A stretch of 64,000 bases of DNA from a virus: the IMG/VR virus record IMGVR_UViG_3300045988_149288, one strand, 5' to 3'. This document shows positions 27,574-37,087 of the stretch, one piece after another. How positions within the stretch are numbered: position 1 is the stretch's first letter; the number at the start of each line of letters is the position of its first letter. The position numbers and the translations under genes were made by a program. The notes beneath the pieces are model-generated. The model saw only the letters and a program-made list of their open reading frames with translations, did not search any database and was not told where the DNA came from.

Positions 27574-28019
27574 TACTTCTTACCTAGAAGCTTATTAAAG
27601 GCATTTACGAGCTTACTGATTTCGTCTTCACCGTGTGTAGGTTCATAATCAATACTTGTATCATAAACAACACGACGTTGAACTGGTTCTTTCTTCATTT
27701 TTTCCTTATGTTCATTCATAAGTTTTTCAGCAAGTTCATATGACGGAATATAAAATCCAACATCCCATGAAGCATCTTTTGAACAAATATGAGGTTTAGA
27801 TTCTTCTTTCCAAAGACAGCTATCACGGTATCTTAAGTATCGTTCCATATTATAGGTCAAACGAAACCAAGTCTTCGAACCACTATTTATCTTACGGTAT
27901 TCAACAACAAACCATGACGGGTCTCGGTTTGCAATACTTGGAGAAACATCAAAATCGAACACTGGATATTCAAATGTACCAAGTTCTATAATACGATATT
28001 CATAAAGTGATTTTTCCAT
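27573..28019 (-). CDS. hypothetical protein
   Basis: 148-aa ORF. Confidence 0.35.
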   Translation of the reverse strand: MEKSLYEYRIIELGTFEYPVFDFDVSPSIANRDPSWFVVEYRKINSGSKTWFRLTYNMERYLRYRDSCLWKEESKPHICSKDASWDVGFYIPSYELAEKLMNEHKEKMKKEPVQRRVVYDTSIDYEPTHGEDEISKLVNAFNKLLGKK

Positions 28020-28064
28020 ATAATAAAATATAATAAAAAATATATTATTTGTTAATATATTATT

Positions 28065-28934
28065 TTAATTATCTTTATTTTCAACATATTCCCATTTTAA
28101 TTTTTCATTAGTTATAGGATCTCTACCTGCAGTTTTTCTTGTTCCATGTAAAACTTCTATAATTTTTGATGCTTTTTTAGCCCATTTTTTTGCATCAATA
28201 ATTGTTTTAAAAATCATACCATTATTTACGCACCGTATAGGTTTATATCTTGTTTCCCATGGATTCCAACCAGTTTCACGTTTTTCTTTATATTTTTCTC
28301 TTGCTAAAATACTATGTTCTTCAAGTTTATTTGGATTTGACCACGTAATTTTATTTGAATTCCTAATTTTTTCACGCCATTCCAGATTATCTTTATTTTT
28401 ATCTATATTATTTCGTAATGTATTACAAATAGTTTCATAATATTCAGAATTAGTCTTATATGTATTTTTCATACCTATTGATTTTCTATTTTTTATTTCT
28501 GGATTATTTGCTATTTGTTTTAACTTATTTTTTATTTTTTCTTTTTCTTCTTCTGTTCTATTTTTCCACATGTTATATGAAATTTCAGATTGCTGTTTTC
28601 GACGTTTATCATCAAAAACAGTACAATGATATTCATTTCTTATAATTTCATAAGTTCTTGATGAAATTTTTGATGTATATGTATTATTTAATGACAAAAA
28701 TATCCACATTGCACATGCGGTTTTTTGACATGGCCAAATTTTATAGCAAAGTATATGTGCAATAAAATGTTCTCGTGGTGTTAATAAAATAAAATTATGC
28801 TTATTTGAAATATATTGTGGAAAAATACATTTTGGAAATATATGATGTTTTTCATAATATATACCATTATGCTTACATCTATTTTCTAATTTTGCCTTTT
28901 TAATCAAATTTATATAAATTTTTCTATAATTCAT
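28065..28934 (-). CDS. HNH-like homing endonuclease (AT-rich islet)
   Basis: YYEKHHIFPKC motif; strongly AT-rich relative to flanks; TATAAATATAAT directly upstream of ATG. Confidence 0.5.
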   Translation of the reverse strand: MNYRKIYINLIKKAKLENRCKHNGIYYEKHHIFPKCIFPQYISNKHNFILLTPREHFIAHILCYKIWPCQKTACAMWIFLSLNNTYTSKISSRTYEIIRNEYHCTVFDDKRRKQQSEISYNMWKNRTEEEKEKIKNKLKQIANNPEIKNRKSIGMKNTYKTNSEYYETICNTLRNNIDKNKDNLEWREKIRNSNKITWSNPNKLEEHSILAREKYKEKRETGWNPWETRYKPIRCVNNGMIFKTIIDAKKWAKKASKIIEVLHGTRKTAGRDPITNEKLKWEYVENKDN

Positions 28935-28945
28935 ATTATATTTAT

Positions 28946-28968
28946 AATAAAAGGGGTTTTGACCCCTT
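28946..28968. terminator. terminator
   Basis: aaaaggggttttgacccctttatt. Confidence 0.55.
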
Positions 28969-28970
28969 TA

Positions 28971-30083
28971 TTAAAAAACATAACCATCGCGACTTATACC
29001 TGTAGTTACATCACGTAAAATGCATGGAATTACTTCATTTGAACGTGTAATAATAACTTCATGGCCGATTTCAATACCCATATATTCAAGCATATCAATA
29101 TTACACATATTTGCACGTTGAATTGTTGCACCACATAATTCTACTTTTTCTACAATAGCAACCGGAGTCAAATTGCCATTCTTGATAGACCATTCAATGT
29201 TAAGGATCTTGGTCTGAGCAAGAGAATACTTCGGCTTCAAAGCGATAGAGAATTCCGGGAGGTAATTCGTTTCAAGATCTTCATAATCGATAACAGAAGT
29301 CTTCCAAACAAGACCGTCAATCTGATAATCGCGTTCTTCATGCCAAACCTGGTCCATAATGGCAACAGCCTTATCGCCAGTCATAGAGTCGAGGTCATAA
29401 ATTTTGTATTCGACGACATCGAAACCCTGCTTGGTCATCCAGTCGAGCATATCGACCTGAGTATGAAATTTAGTGTTCTTCGGGCGAGCTTCATAAACCT
29501 TGATATTGAGCTTGTCACAATCAGAACCATCGAGATGCTTCATAATACCAGAAGCGGCATTACGACAGTTCTTGTACTTCGGGAAGAACTGTTCCTTAAC
29601 GGACTTGTAGAGCAAAATTTCACCACGGATAGTTCCGGTAAATTCCTTATCCTTAAGCTTCTTGACAGCACCTTTCATTTTGAGGATATTATCGGTAATA
29701 TCATCACCGTATTCACCGTCACCGCGAGTAATGCCCTGAACGAGCTTACCGTCAACGTATTCAAGAGCAATAGAACAACCGTCAAGCTTCAAAGGAGCGA
29801 CGACAAATTCATGACCGGCCATACGACACTTATTGAACCAGACGTTCATTTCTGGAGCCGTATTGGCCTTATTCTGAGAGCCCATGATAATGTTGTGTTT
29901 TACTTTTTCAAATCCTTCGGTATGATCCTTACCGACTTCCTTCAAAACATCAGAATCAGGATAATTGGTTTTGAGTTCATCCCAGAGAGCATCGAATTCG
30001 ATGTCGCTCATAATCGGGGTGTCGGAGTTATAGTAGGCATCTTGTGCCTGGCGGATTTTAGCTTCAAGTTCGTTCTTATTCAT
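28971..30083 (-). CDS. NAD-dependent DNA ligase N-terminal module (Ia, adenylation, OB), stand-alone
   Basis: Ia-like YYNSDTPIMSDIEFDALWDEL, motif I APLKLDGCS (KxDG), TRGDG; start set at MNKNELEAK after TTTTTTACTATATTG. Confidence 0.8.
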   Translation of the reverse strand: MNKNELEAKIRQAQDAYYNSDTPIMSDIEFDALWDELKTNYPDSDVLKEVGKDHTEGFEKVKHNIIMGSQNKANTAPEMNVWFNKCRMAGHEFVVAPLKLDGCSIALEYVDGKLVQGITRGDGEYGDDITDNILKMKGAVKKLKDKEFTGTIRGEILLYKSVKEQFFPKYKNCRNAASGIMKHLDGSDCDKLNIKVYEARPKNTKFHTQVDMLDWMTKQGFDVVEYKIYDLDSMTGDKAVAIMDQVWHEERDYQIDGLVWKTSVIDYEDLETNYLPEFSIALKPKYSLAQTKILNIEWSIKNGNLTPVAIVEKVELCGATIQRANMCNIDMLEYMGIEIGHEVIITRSNEVIPCILRDVTTGISRDGYVF

Positions 30084-30115
30084 GTTATACAATATAGTAA
30101 AAAATATAGGCCTTG

Positions 30116-30382
30116 TCAACCCATTTTTTCTAAAGCATTGAGAATACAAAAATCATGCTTAAATGCAAGATTTTCTTTTTCAACGTCCATATCGTATTTC
30201 TTGTCACCCATTTGGATAATCTTATAAGAAGAATTTGCGATATGAGTATCGCTTTCTCGCGTCCACGAATACGTATAGCCACCAATCAGTTCTTGTTTAA
30301 GGGTTCTCCGTATAAGTCCATGAATATAACAATCACAGTCGTCTTTAACACCATCTTTGTCAATTATTGTTACTAGAATCAT
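30116..30382 (-). CDS. hypothetical protein
   Basis: 88-aa ORF. Confidence 0.3.
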   Translation of the reverse strand: MILVTIIDKDGVKDDCDCYIHGLIRRTLKQELIGGYTYSWTRESDTHIANSSYKIIQMGDKKYDMDVEKENLAFKHDFCILNALEKMG

Positions 30383-30761
30383 TCAGATTACACTCCATTT
30401 CGTAAATATCTGTCTGGTTCAGAATATATAACTGCGCTTTCTTGAAATCCGTACCGTATTTCAGAAACATGTCATAAAGTACATCGGTAGTGACATCCAT
30501 TCCTGGATGTTTATCATAAAACTCAATAATACTATAATTCGGTTTCATGCCGGTTTCGAGAATATACGACATTCCATAAACCCACAAGTCTTCGACACGC
30601 ATTCCGTTTCGAATAATACTCTGTGCCCATTCATTACAACGTTTTTTATCTACATTACCAGTCCGGGCTTTCTCTTCGTAAAAACAATAACGCATTACGT
30701 CTGGTGCATAATCAGCCCAGTCGTCAACGTCTTTAAAATATTCTGAAAATGTCGACATCAT
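30360..30761 (-). CDS. hypothetical protein
   Basis: 133-aa ORF. Confidence 0.35.
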   Translation of the reverse strand: MMSTFSEYFKDVDDWADYAPDVMRYCFYEEKARTGNVDKKRCNEWAQSIIRNGMRVEDLWVYGMSYILETGMKPNYSIIEFYDKHPGMDVTTDVLYDMFLKYGTDFKKAQLYILNQTDIYEMECNLNDSSNNN

Positions 30762-31087
30762 AAAGACTCCAATGCTAATATAGAATAAAAATAATTAGTA
30801 AACGAGGCACGTTGTTCTTTATCATCCAATTTAAACTTCATTTTGTTTATTTCAGCTGTACACGGAAATGTAAAATGTATTGAATTAGGCTGATTTTTTG
30901 GCTTAGGTTTCTGTCCCCAAATTTTTTCGCCCTTATGTTTGGATGGAGGAGCCGGAGTATAACAGAAATTTTCTACAATATACAAATCAATCGAAATAGG
31001 TTCGGTACTATTCCAAAAATTATAACTATAGTGAATACCTGTAACACTATATGTCGAACCATTAATTTTAACTTTTACTACTGCCAT
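30758..31087 (-). CDS. hypothetical protein
   Basis: 109-aa ORF. Confidence 0.35.
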   Translation of the reverse strand: MAVVKVKINGSTYSVTGIHYSYNFWNSTEPISIDLYIVENFCYTPAPPSKHKGEKIWGQKPKPKNQPNSIHFTFPCTAEINKMKFKLDDKEQRASFTNYFYSILALESL

Positions 31088-31097
31088 ACGTATAATA

Positions 31098-31130
31098 TAG
31101 AAAAAGGGTCGACTTACGTCAACCCTTTTA
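31098..31130. terminator. terminator (GTCAACCC hairpin family)
   Basis: aaaagggtcgacttacgtcaaccctttta. Confidence 0.55.
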
Positions 31131-31151
31131 TTTTTATAGGAGAAATCCTGA

Positions 31152-32801
31152 TTAGCGGCGGCGGCGACGCGTTGCTTCGGAAATGACGGACGGATCGTTC
31201 ATCAAATCAGCGAGGTTGCGACCGATAGAAGAAGTATTGAATGCGGCAGATTCCTTAGTCGGATCTTCCTTCGGCTGTGGAGTTTCCGGACGAGCTTCGT
31301 CCTTGGCTTCGTTTACGACTTCAGCTTCAGCCTTTTCGACCTTCGGAGCGCCGGAAACACCAGCGAGTCGGGCACCGAACATAGAACCGAGAACGGTCTT
31401 AAGGTCCATACCGAGAGAATCGGTCAAACCGCTAGAAATCTGAGTAAGCGTCTTGGTAATATCGCCGGTAAGCTTTGCGGTACCACTTTCACCGTACATG
31501 TTGATGTTACCAATCTTTTCCATCGGCTTAGCAACTGCGGCAGCGACAGCCGGGAGCTGTTCGAAATACTTTTCGATGGTCTTGAGCTGCATTTCCTGAC
31601 GAGCTGCGTCACCATACTTCTTCATGGCTTCAGCCTTCTGGTCAAGAGCTGCTGCTTCTGCAAGACCCTTAGCCTTTACAGCATCAGCCTCAGCTTCACC
31701 TTTAGCCTTAGTAGCTGCGGCTTCAGCGAAAGCCTTTTCCTTATCAGCTTCAGCCTTGGCGATAATTGCCTTAGCTTGCTGCTGCTGGGTAAAGAGTGCT
31801 GCTTCAGCTTCCTTCTGCTGCTTATAAAGTTCAGCATCAGAACGCTGCATCTGAGCCTGCTTATCGGCTTCAGCCTTCTTCTGAATTTCAGCTTCGAGTT
31901 CCTTCTGACGGACAGCTACCATACGTTCGCGAATTTCAATCTGTTTTTCCTGCTTTGCAACTTCTGCAGCTGCTGCGGTAATATTGATGGTCTTCTGCTG
32001 TTCCTGCTTCTGAATTTCATAAGCGGCATCAGCTTCGGCCTTCTTAGTATCAGAAATTCGCTTAAGGTCAGCCTTCTTAACTTCGAGGTCGTTCTGCTTC
32101 TGAGCGATTTCAAGGTTTGCTGCAACCTGAGCGTCGTTTGCGGTCTTTGCTGCTTCAGCTTGAGCAATCTTCACGTCACGTTCTGCATTTGCTCGAGAAA
32201 TTGATGCAGCCTTCTGAATAGCCACTGCCTTATCGACACCGAGGTTTTCAATAACCTTACCGTCATCGGAGAAGTTCTGAATATTGAAGGTCTTAACGAT
32301 AATACCGAGTTTTTCAAGGTCTGGAATAGCATTTTCGAGAACCTTTTCAGAAACCTGCTTTCGATCCGTAACCATGTCGACCAGATTCATCTGACCAACA
32401 ATCTCACGCATATTACCCTCAAGCACGTCAACAATCATCGCCTTAATCTGTTCAATCGGTTTATTGAGGAAGTTCTGTGCAGCTTTCTTAATTGCTTCAG
32501 GTTCATCAGAAATCTTCGCATTAACAACAGCGTCAACTGTTACATTAATGTAGTCCTTGGTCGGAACTGCCTGCTTAGTCTTGACGTCAATCGGAATCAA
32601 CTTCAAGCTAAGAACGTCAGCACGTTCAAGGAACGGGATCTTGAAACCAGCATGTCCGATAATTGTTCGAAGCTGTCGGAAACCCGAAATAATAATTACT
32701 TCATCCGGCGCCGCCTTAATGTAAGACGTAATGAAGAGGATAACGAGGAAAAGTACGAGCAGGCCGATACCCGCACCGATGAGGATATTTGAACTAATCA
32801 T
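31152..32801 (-). CDS. flotillin (SPFH/band-7 domain + EA-rich flotillin repeats)
   Basis: N-terminal TM, SPFH-like region, long EAxxK/AEAA coiled-coil repeats typical of FloT/YqiK. Confidence 0.75.
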   Translation of the reverse strand: MISSNILIGAGIGLLVLFLVILFITSYIKAAPDEVIIISGFRQLRTIIGHAGFKIPFLERADVLSLKLIPIDVKTKQAVPTKDYINVTVDAVVNAKISDEPEAIKKAAQNFLNKPIEQIKAMIVDVLEGNMREIVGQMNLVDMVTDRKQVSEKVLENAIPDLEKLGIIVKTFNIQNFSDDGKVIENLGVDKAVAIQKAASISRANAERDVKIAQAEAAKTANDAQVAANLEIAQKQNDLEVKKADLKRISDTKKAEADAAYEIQKQEQQKTINITAAAAEVAKQEKQIEIRERMVAVRQKELEAEIQKKAEADKQAQMQRSDAELYKQQKEAEAALFTQQQQAKAIIAKAEADKEKAFAEAAATKAKGEAEADAVKAKGLAEAAALDQKAEAMKKYGDAARQEMQLKTIEKYFEQLPAVAAAVAKPMEKIGNINMYGESGTAKLTGDITKTLTQISSGLTDSLGMDLKTVLGSMFGARLAGVSGAPKVEKAEAEVVNEAKDEARPETPQPKEDPTKESAAFNTSSIGRNLADLMNDPSVISEATRRRRR

Positions 32802-32838
32802 TTGTGTTCCTTTTGTTGAGTTTTTATTTGTTAAGAGC

Positions 32839-33579
32839 TTAATCGTTCAGCCATGAGTTCTCCATTGCAATGAAGACACAGCAGATTACGATAATAACCG
32901 TTGAGAAAATAAGCCAGAAGTAAAGTACAGTGTGTTTCCAACTGAATGACTCTACCGCCTGGTCAATGCGTACACCATCTCGATATTCAGCATCATTCAT
33001 CCGATGATTATCAATATTGGCATAAACAGTTCCAGTATAGCTTAAAGACCTACAATAATAAACATATCTCTTATGATGAGCAAAATTAATCGTCTTTACA
33101 TAATGACCTTCCGGCAATTTCGGGAATTGACTGTAATAAAAGTCCTTCTTGATGAAATTGACCTTATCAACAGCCCAATCCTTGGCACCGTGATAGTCCC
33201 AGGTCCAATATACCTTGGTATGACAGCTACGTGTCTTACCAGAACCAGTACAGACGAGCTTTGTGTGCATCGTATAGACCTCAAGCACTCGATGTATCGA
33301 CATATACTGGCCAGGCAAACCGTTGTCCGTAACGCTTCCTATTGCATTAACGGTGCCGTATGCCAAAGTATGCCCAGCATTGGTTTTAAAAGCATATTCA
33401 AACTGTGTGGAATCGTTATCGATCTTTACAGCCTGATTATACTTGGCGTTATGTTCGTCCTGCCAAATACCCATCCTGTTCCCGACATAGAAACCTACGC
33501 CGAGGGAGATAAGGGCGAAAATGAGGGCGATAATAACTTCGCGCTGGGTTACTTCAATATTGGTATTACCAAGATACAT
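32839..33579 (-). CDS. membrane protein (N- and C-terminal TM helices flanking a soluble domain)
   Basis: TM IIALIFALISLGVGFYV and VLYFWLIFSTVIIVICCVFIAM. Confidence 0.4.
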   Translation of the reverse strand: MYLGNTNIEVTQREVIIALIFALISLGVGFYVGNRMGIWQDEHNAKYNQAVKIDNDSTQFEYAFKTNAGHTLAYGTVNAIGSVTDNGLPGQYMSIHRVLEVYTMHTKLVCTGSGKTRSCHTKVYWTWDYHGAKDWAVDKVNFIKKDFYYSQFPKLPEGHYVKTINFAHHKRYVYYCRSLSYTGTVYANIDNHRMNDAEYRDGVRIDQAVESFSWKHTVLYFWLIFSTVIIVICCVFIAMENSWLND

Positions 33580-33583
33580 TTAT

Positions 33584-34135
33584 TTAGTCCTTGAGAAGTC
33601 CAGTAGGTGCGTCAACAGGCGCATTCTTGAATTCGAGGAATTCATAATCCTTTTCTTGATACCCGAGAATGCTTAAGAACATACGAGTCGGGAACATACG
33701 AACATGTTGCTTGTATTCACGAACATTCGAATTGTAATACTTACGGTGTGAAGAAATACGGTTTTCAGTCATCGCAAGTTCCGTCATATAACGGTCATAA
33801 TTCTCGATACTGCGAAGCTGAGGATAGCGTTCTACAACGCCCTTGATATATGCAGAAGCATTAACATTGCCATTGCCTTCACTTGGCGTACGAGCCTGAG
33901 ACAACTGGACAAGCACTTCAGCTTCATGCTTGTTATAGGATTTGACTGCTTCAGCCAAATTCACGAGCAAACCGGATCTACGGTTGTATTCTGCGTTCAA
34001 ATCACTTAGAGAGCTTTCAATAAGCTGTTCCTTTGCGATTGCGGTATTCTGCGAACTCTGAATTCCGAGCACGCCAGCGATGATTGCGGCACCGATGACC
34101 AAAAGGCCTACGAGTAGCATTGTTACGGGTTTCAT
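33584..34135 (-). CDS. lemA: LemA-family membrane protein
   Basis: N-terminal TM plus LemA-like core (LVNLAEAVKSY...ARTPSE...RMFPTRMFLSILGYQEKDYEF). Confidence 0.65.
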   Translation of the reverse strand: MKPVTMLLVGLLVIGAAIIAGVLGIQSSQNTAIAKEQLIESSLSDLNAEYNRRSGLLVNLAEAVKSYNKHEAEVLVQLSQARTPSEGNGNVNASAYIKGVVERYPQLRSIENYDRYMTELAMTENRISSHRKYYNSNVREYKQHVRMFPTRMFLSILGYQEKDYEFLEFKNAPVDAPTGLLKD

Positions 34136-34144
34136 TGGTTTCTC

Positions 34145-34651
34145 CTATTTGTTTAAAAGTTCAGAATAGTCCTTGATAACCTTGGCAGTGTCGACATCAT
34201 CGACCTGATTATCGTTATCTTCCTTGCCAAGAATAAAATCTTCGTTTCCAAGATATTGGAAAGACCAAGAAATTGTCTTTCCATCATGACTTTCAAGTAA
34301 TGGAACAAGAATATAATACTTGCCATTGAATTTCTTATTCTTATCCTGCAATTTCTTCAGAATATCGATAGCCGATTGCTTGATAATCATATTTCGAATA
34401 TCAAGAATATCTTTTTCGGTAAGACGGTTCAAACTATCTGTATATGACCAAAATACGAGCTTATCGTAACGGAACCATTCGTCAACGACCGTGCCATAAT
34501 TCTCTCGCATATAGCTTGTAACGGTTCGTTCTTCCTTCTTCTTTTCGTTTGTCTTTTCGTAATAGTCAATATAGGCCCTAGCAGTAAGGCGATTAACCAC
34601 AATAGTCCAGATTGTCAAGAAAATTACGCCTGTGATAACAAATGCAACCAT
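34145..34651 (-). CDS. membrane-anchored protein
   Basis: N-terminal TM MVAFVITGVIFLTIWTIVVN. Confidence 0.4.
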   Translation of the reverse strand: MVAFVITGVIFLTIWTIVVNRLTARAYIDYYEKTNEKKKEERTVTSYMRENYGTVVDEWFRYDKLVFWSYTDSLNRLTEKDILDIRNMIIKQSAIDILKKLQDKNKKFNGKYYILVPLLESHDGKTISWSFQYLGNEDFILGKEDNDNQVDDVDTAKVIKDYSELLNK

Positions 34652-34687
34652 TTAAGTCTCCGTATTTACGTGTCTAAATATAAAAAA

Positions 34688-34715
34688 AGAGTTGACGTTT
34701 GTCAACCCTTTTTAT
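34688..34715. terminator. terminator (GTCAACCC family)
   Basis: aaaaaagagttgacgtttgtcaaccctttttat. Confidence 0.55.
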
Positions 34716-34730
34716 CAATTATTTACAGGC

Positions 34731-35102
34731 TTATTCTTTTTTGATGTTGTTTATGGTCTGCATAATCTTATTCTGATCTTCTAATGCCTTTACAAGGTGT
34801 TCCACTTGACAGTTCAACTTAACAAGTTCCTGGTTAACAAGATTAAGTCTATCATCTATGGATTCAAGTCTTGTTTTGTGAATATCCACAATTTCTTCAA
34901 GATTTGAAACTTTGAATTTAAGGCTGAGAATGTCATCATGAATAGATTGACTATCCGCATCGCGGTTTACTTTTGTTACTTTTCTATCATCTTCAACTTT
35001 TTTAAATTTGAAGTAAAGATATACACATCCCAAAATCACCGCTACTAACGGAAGCGCAGACGGATTTATCGCCGCTATAATCGCTGTTATCGTATTAGTC
35101 AT
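34731..35102 (-). CDS. membrane-anchored coiled-coil protein
   Basis: N-terminal TM + coiled-coil. Confidence 0.4.
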   Translation of the reverse strand: MTNTITAIIAAINPSALPLVAVILGCVYLYFKFKKVEDDRKVTKVNRDADSQSIHDDILSLKFKVSNLEEIVDIHKTRLESIDDRLNLVNQELVKLNCQVEHLVKALEDQNKIMQTINNIKKE

Positions 35103-35131
35103 AGTTTGTACCTCCTCAACAAATTACAACA

Positions 35132-36448
35132 TTAGTCCTTAAACAGCGTATATCCGGCCTGCAAAAGAATACGTTTCGCTTCGTTGAAATCGTCAACATC
35201 GGAAATTTCTTCTTTATTCTTCCAATATTCTGCTGTTTCCTTATCAATCTGGTCTACCATGAAGGTAGTAACTTCATCAAAAATCTTAAACAATGTTCTA
35301 GTAGTATAGCCACGGTTGAATACAATCTTGAACTTGTCATAGAATTCCTGGATTGTACCTTCGAAAGCACCTCTCTGACCGACATGGAACTTACGGTTGA
35401 GCTGGTTCATACAATACTTGTAGCTTTCGACTACCTGCTTCTTATCGACCTTACCAATTTTGGACTTATCGACAGAACCTTCTTCAGCGGCAACTGCTGC
35501 AATCTTCTTGATAACGCCGATAGGAATCGCGAATCCACCGAAGTTACCGGAGAAACTTCCGAAATAATCGGTATCACGGTCGTCAGAACCGGCGAGATTG
35601 CCAGAAGCGATACGACGCTTTTCTTGTTTTTCAATCTGGTCGATGTACTTCGGATCGTCAAGAGCCTTCATAATACGCTTCAATTCACGTTCAAGAGCGG
35701 TTTCATCTGCATGGATAACCTTATGTCCAGCCATTTCGCCAACCATCTTGGCAACGTAGAAGAATAAGCCCTTATTTCCGATAATACGTTCGGCATCCGG
35801 CATATTTAAGAGGTCTTCGAGCTTATCAAGAACATATTCGCTGAGGCAATAGTTATCGCCAGCCTTACGAGCACGGTGCCAGTCCCAGAATTCGTCAATG
35901 GCTTCTTCATAGCTTCCAGCATAATCCTTAACGACATACGGAGCAAGCCAACGTACAGCCTTATCGTAATCTTTTCCGAAAACTTCCCTAGCCTTTTCAG
36001 GGTCATTTCGGAACATATCAATCATCTGCTGCATAGTCTTGTCCTGACTCGGGTCAAAGGATGAAAGATCATTGCCTTCAGACTTGGCCTTGTAGTATGC
36101 CCAGAAAGTATCAATCATATCATCATACTTGTCTTTATTTTCTTCAACATAGGCATGATTATCATCCAAATCGATATTATACTTCTTTGCCCAATTGTTG
36201 ATATTCCAGTTCAAGTCAATTCTACCAGTGCTTCCCTTCCAATACTTTATATTGAGCATATTAAGTATCTTTTCGGCGTCATCACCATAATAACGCTCGA
36301 TAAACTTGTAGGTCTGGTTAGGTGTAACTTTTCCCTGATTCTTATTGGCAAAATCCTGAAGAACATAGAGAACATTAGCCATTGATTCCCTTCCGAGGGT
36401 TCTATCCGAAGCACGGGACATTTCGTTAATAATATTCTTAAATCTCAT
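35132..36448 (-). CDS. hypothetical protein (438 aa)
   Basis: long ORF; TATAAATA motif upstream. Confidence 0.4.
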   Translation of the reverse strand: MRFKNIINEMSRASDRTLGRESMANVLYVLQDFANKNQGKVTPNQTYKFIERYYGDDAEKILNMLNIKYWKGSTGRIDLNWNINNWAKKYNIDLDDNHAYVEENKDKYDDMIDTFWAYYKAKSEGNDLSSFDPSQDKTMQQMIDMFRNDPEKAREVFGKDYDKAVRWLAPYVVKDYAGSYEEAIDEFWDWHRARKAGDNYCLSEYVLDKLEDLLNMPDAERIIGNKGLFFYVAKMVGEMAGHKVIHADETALERELKRIMKALDDPKYIDQIEKQEKRRIASGNLAGSDDRDTDYFGSFSGNFGGFAIPIGVIKKIAAVAAEEGSVDKSKIGKVDKKQVVESYKYCMNQLNRKFHVGQRGAFEGTIQEFYDKFKIVFNRGYTTRTLFKIFDEVTTFMVDQIDKETAEYWKNKEEISDVDDFNEAKRILLQAGYTLFKD

Positions 36449-36467
36449 AATAACCTCTATATACTAT

Positions 36468-36495
36468 TTATAAAAAAGACTAGAACCCAAAAGTT
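36468..36495. terminator. terminator
   Basis: aaaaagactagaacccaaaagttctagtcttt. Confidence 0.5.
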
Positions 36496-36657
36496 CTAGT
36501 CTTTAATTATTTTTCGATTTTAAACTGCTTTAAATAGTCACATCCATATTTTTCTTTTATATAATTTAATATTGGTTTTATATCATCAGATCTTAAAATA
36601 ATTACATTATTATCTATCATACATTGATATTTTGCTGCATAAATTTCATTTTTAGTT

Positions 36658-36963
36658 TCATCCCATGGATTGTCTTTTTCCATTTTTTACATCTTCTGCA
36701 ATTTGTTGATATGTTGCTTTTCGAGTACAATCTCTTGAACAATATTTGCATAATCCGAGTTTTAAATTAATTAAATTACATTGATTTATTTTACAATATT
36801 TACAATATATTTCATTTTTATCTTGTAAAATATATTTTATATAATAATCTCTAATATTAAATTCAGATGTTTTTGTAATTTTATGATTATATCTTAAATG
36901 TAATGCAAATTTTTGAAAATTATCATTATTATCTATATAATCGCATAAAGCACATTTTATCAT
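36658..36963 (-). CDS. Cys-rich Zn-finger protein, probable truncated HEG DNA-binding module (AT-rich islet)
   Basis: CALCDY..H..H and DYYIKYIL resemble N-terminus of 53173..54093 (CKICNSEF...YYDKYL); AT-rich; preceded by cassette A. Confidence 0.4.
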   Translation of the reverse strand: MIKCALCDYIDNNDNFQKFALHLRYNHKITKTSEFNIRDYYIKYILQDKNEIYCKYCKINQCNLINLKLGLCKYCSRDCTRKATYQQIAEDVKNGKRQSMG

Positions 36964-37007
36964 AAATACTTCCTTTTATTTTTATAGTTATGGGCATCAT
37001 AACTTAT

Positions 37008-37080
37008 TTTATTTATAAAATAAGTTAGGGAAAGGTTGCCGCCTTTCCCAAATAGCAGGAAGTATTTTTGCTATCTGTCC
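37008..37080 (-). promoter_or_regulatory. cassette A: hairpin + CTAACTTATTTTATAAATA + RBS-sequestering IR
   Basis: shared architecture with cassettes B, C, D; IR AGGAAGTAT (37058-37066) pairs with SD region ATACTTCCT (36966-36974). Confidence 0.5.
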
Positions 37081-37087
37081 TTATATA

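Noticed and set aside
29340-30227. 295-aa plus-strand ORF
   Set aside because: Antisense to LigA adenylation-domain gene, which carries KLDG and TRGDG motifs.
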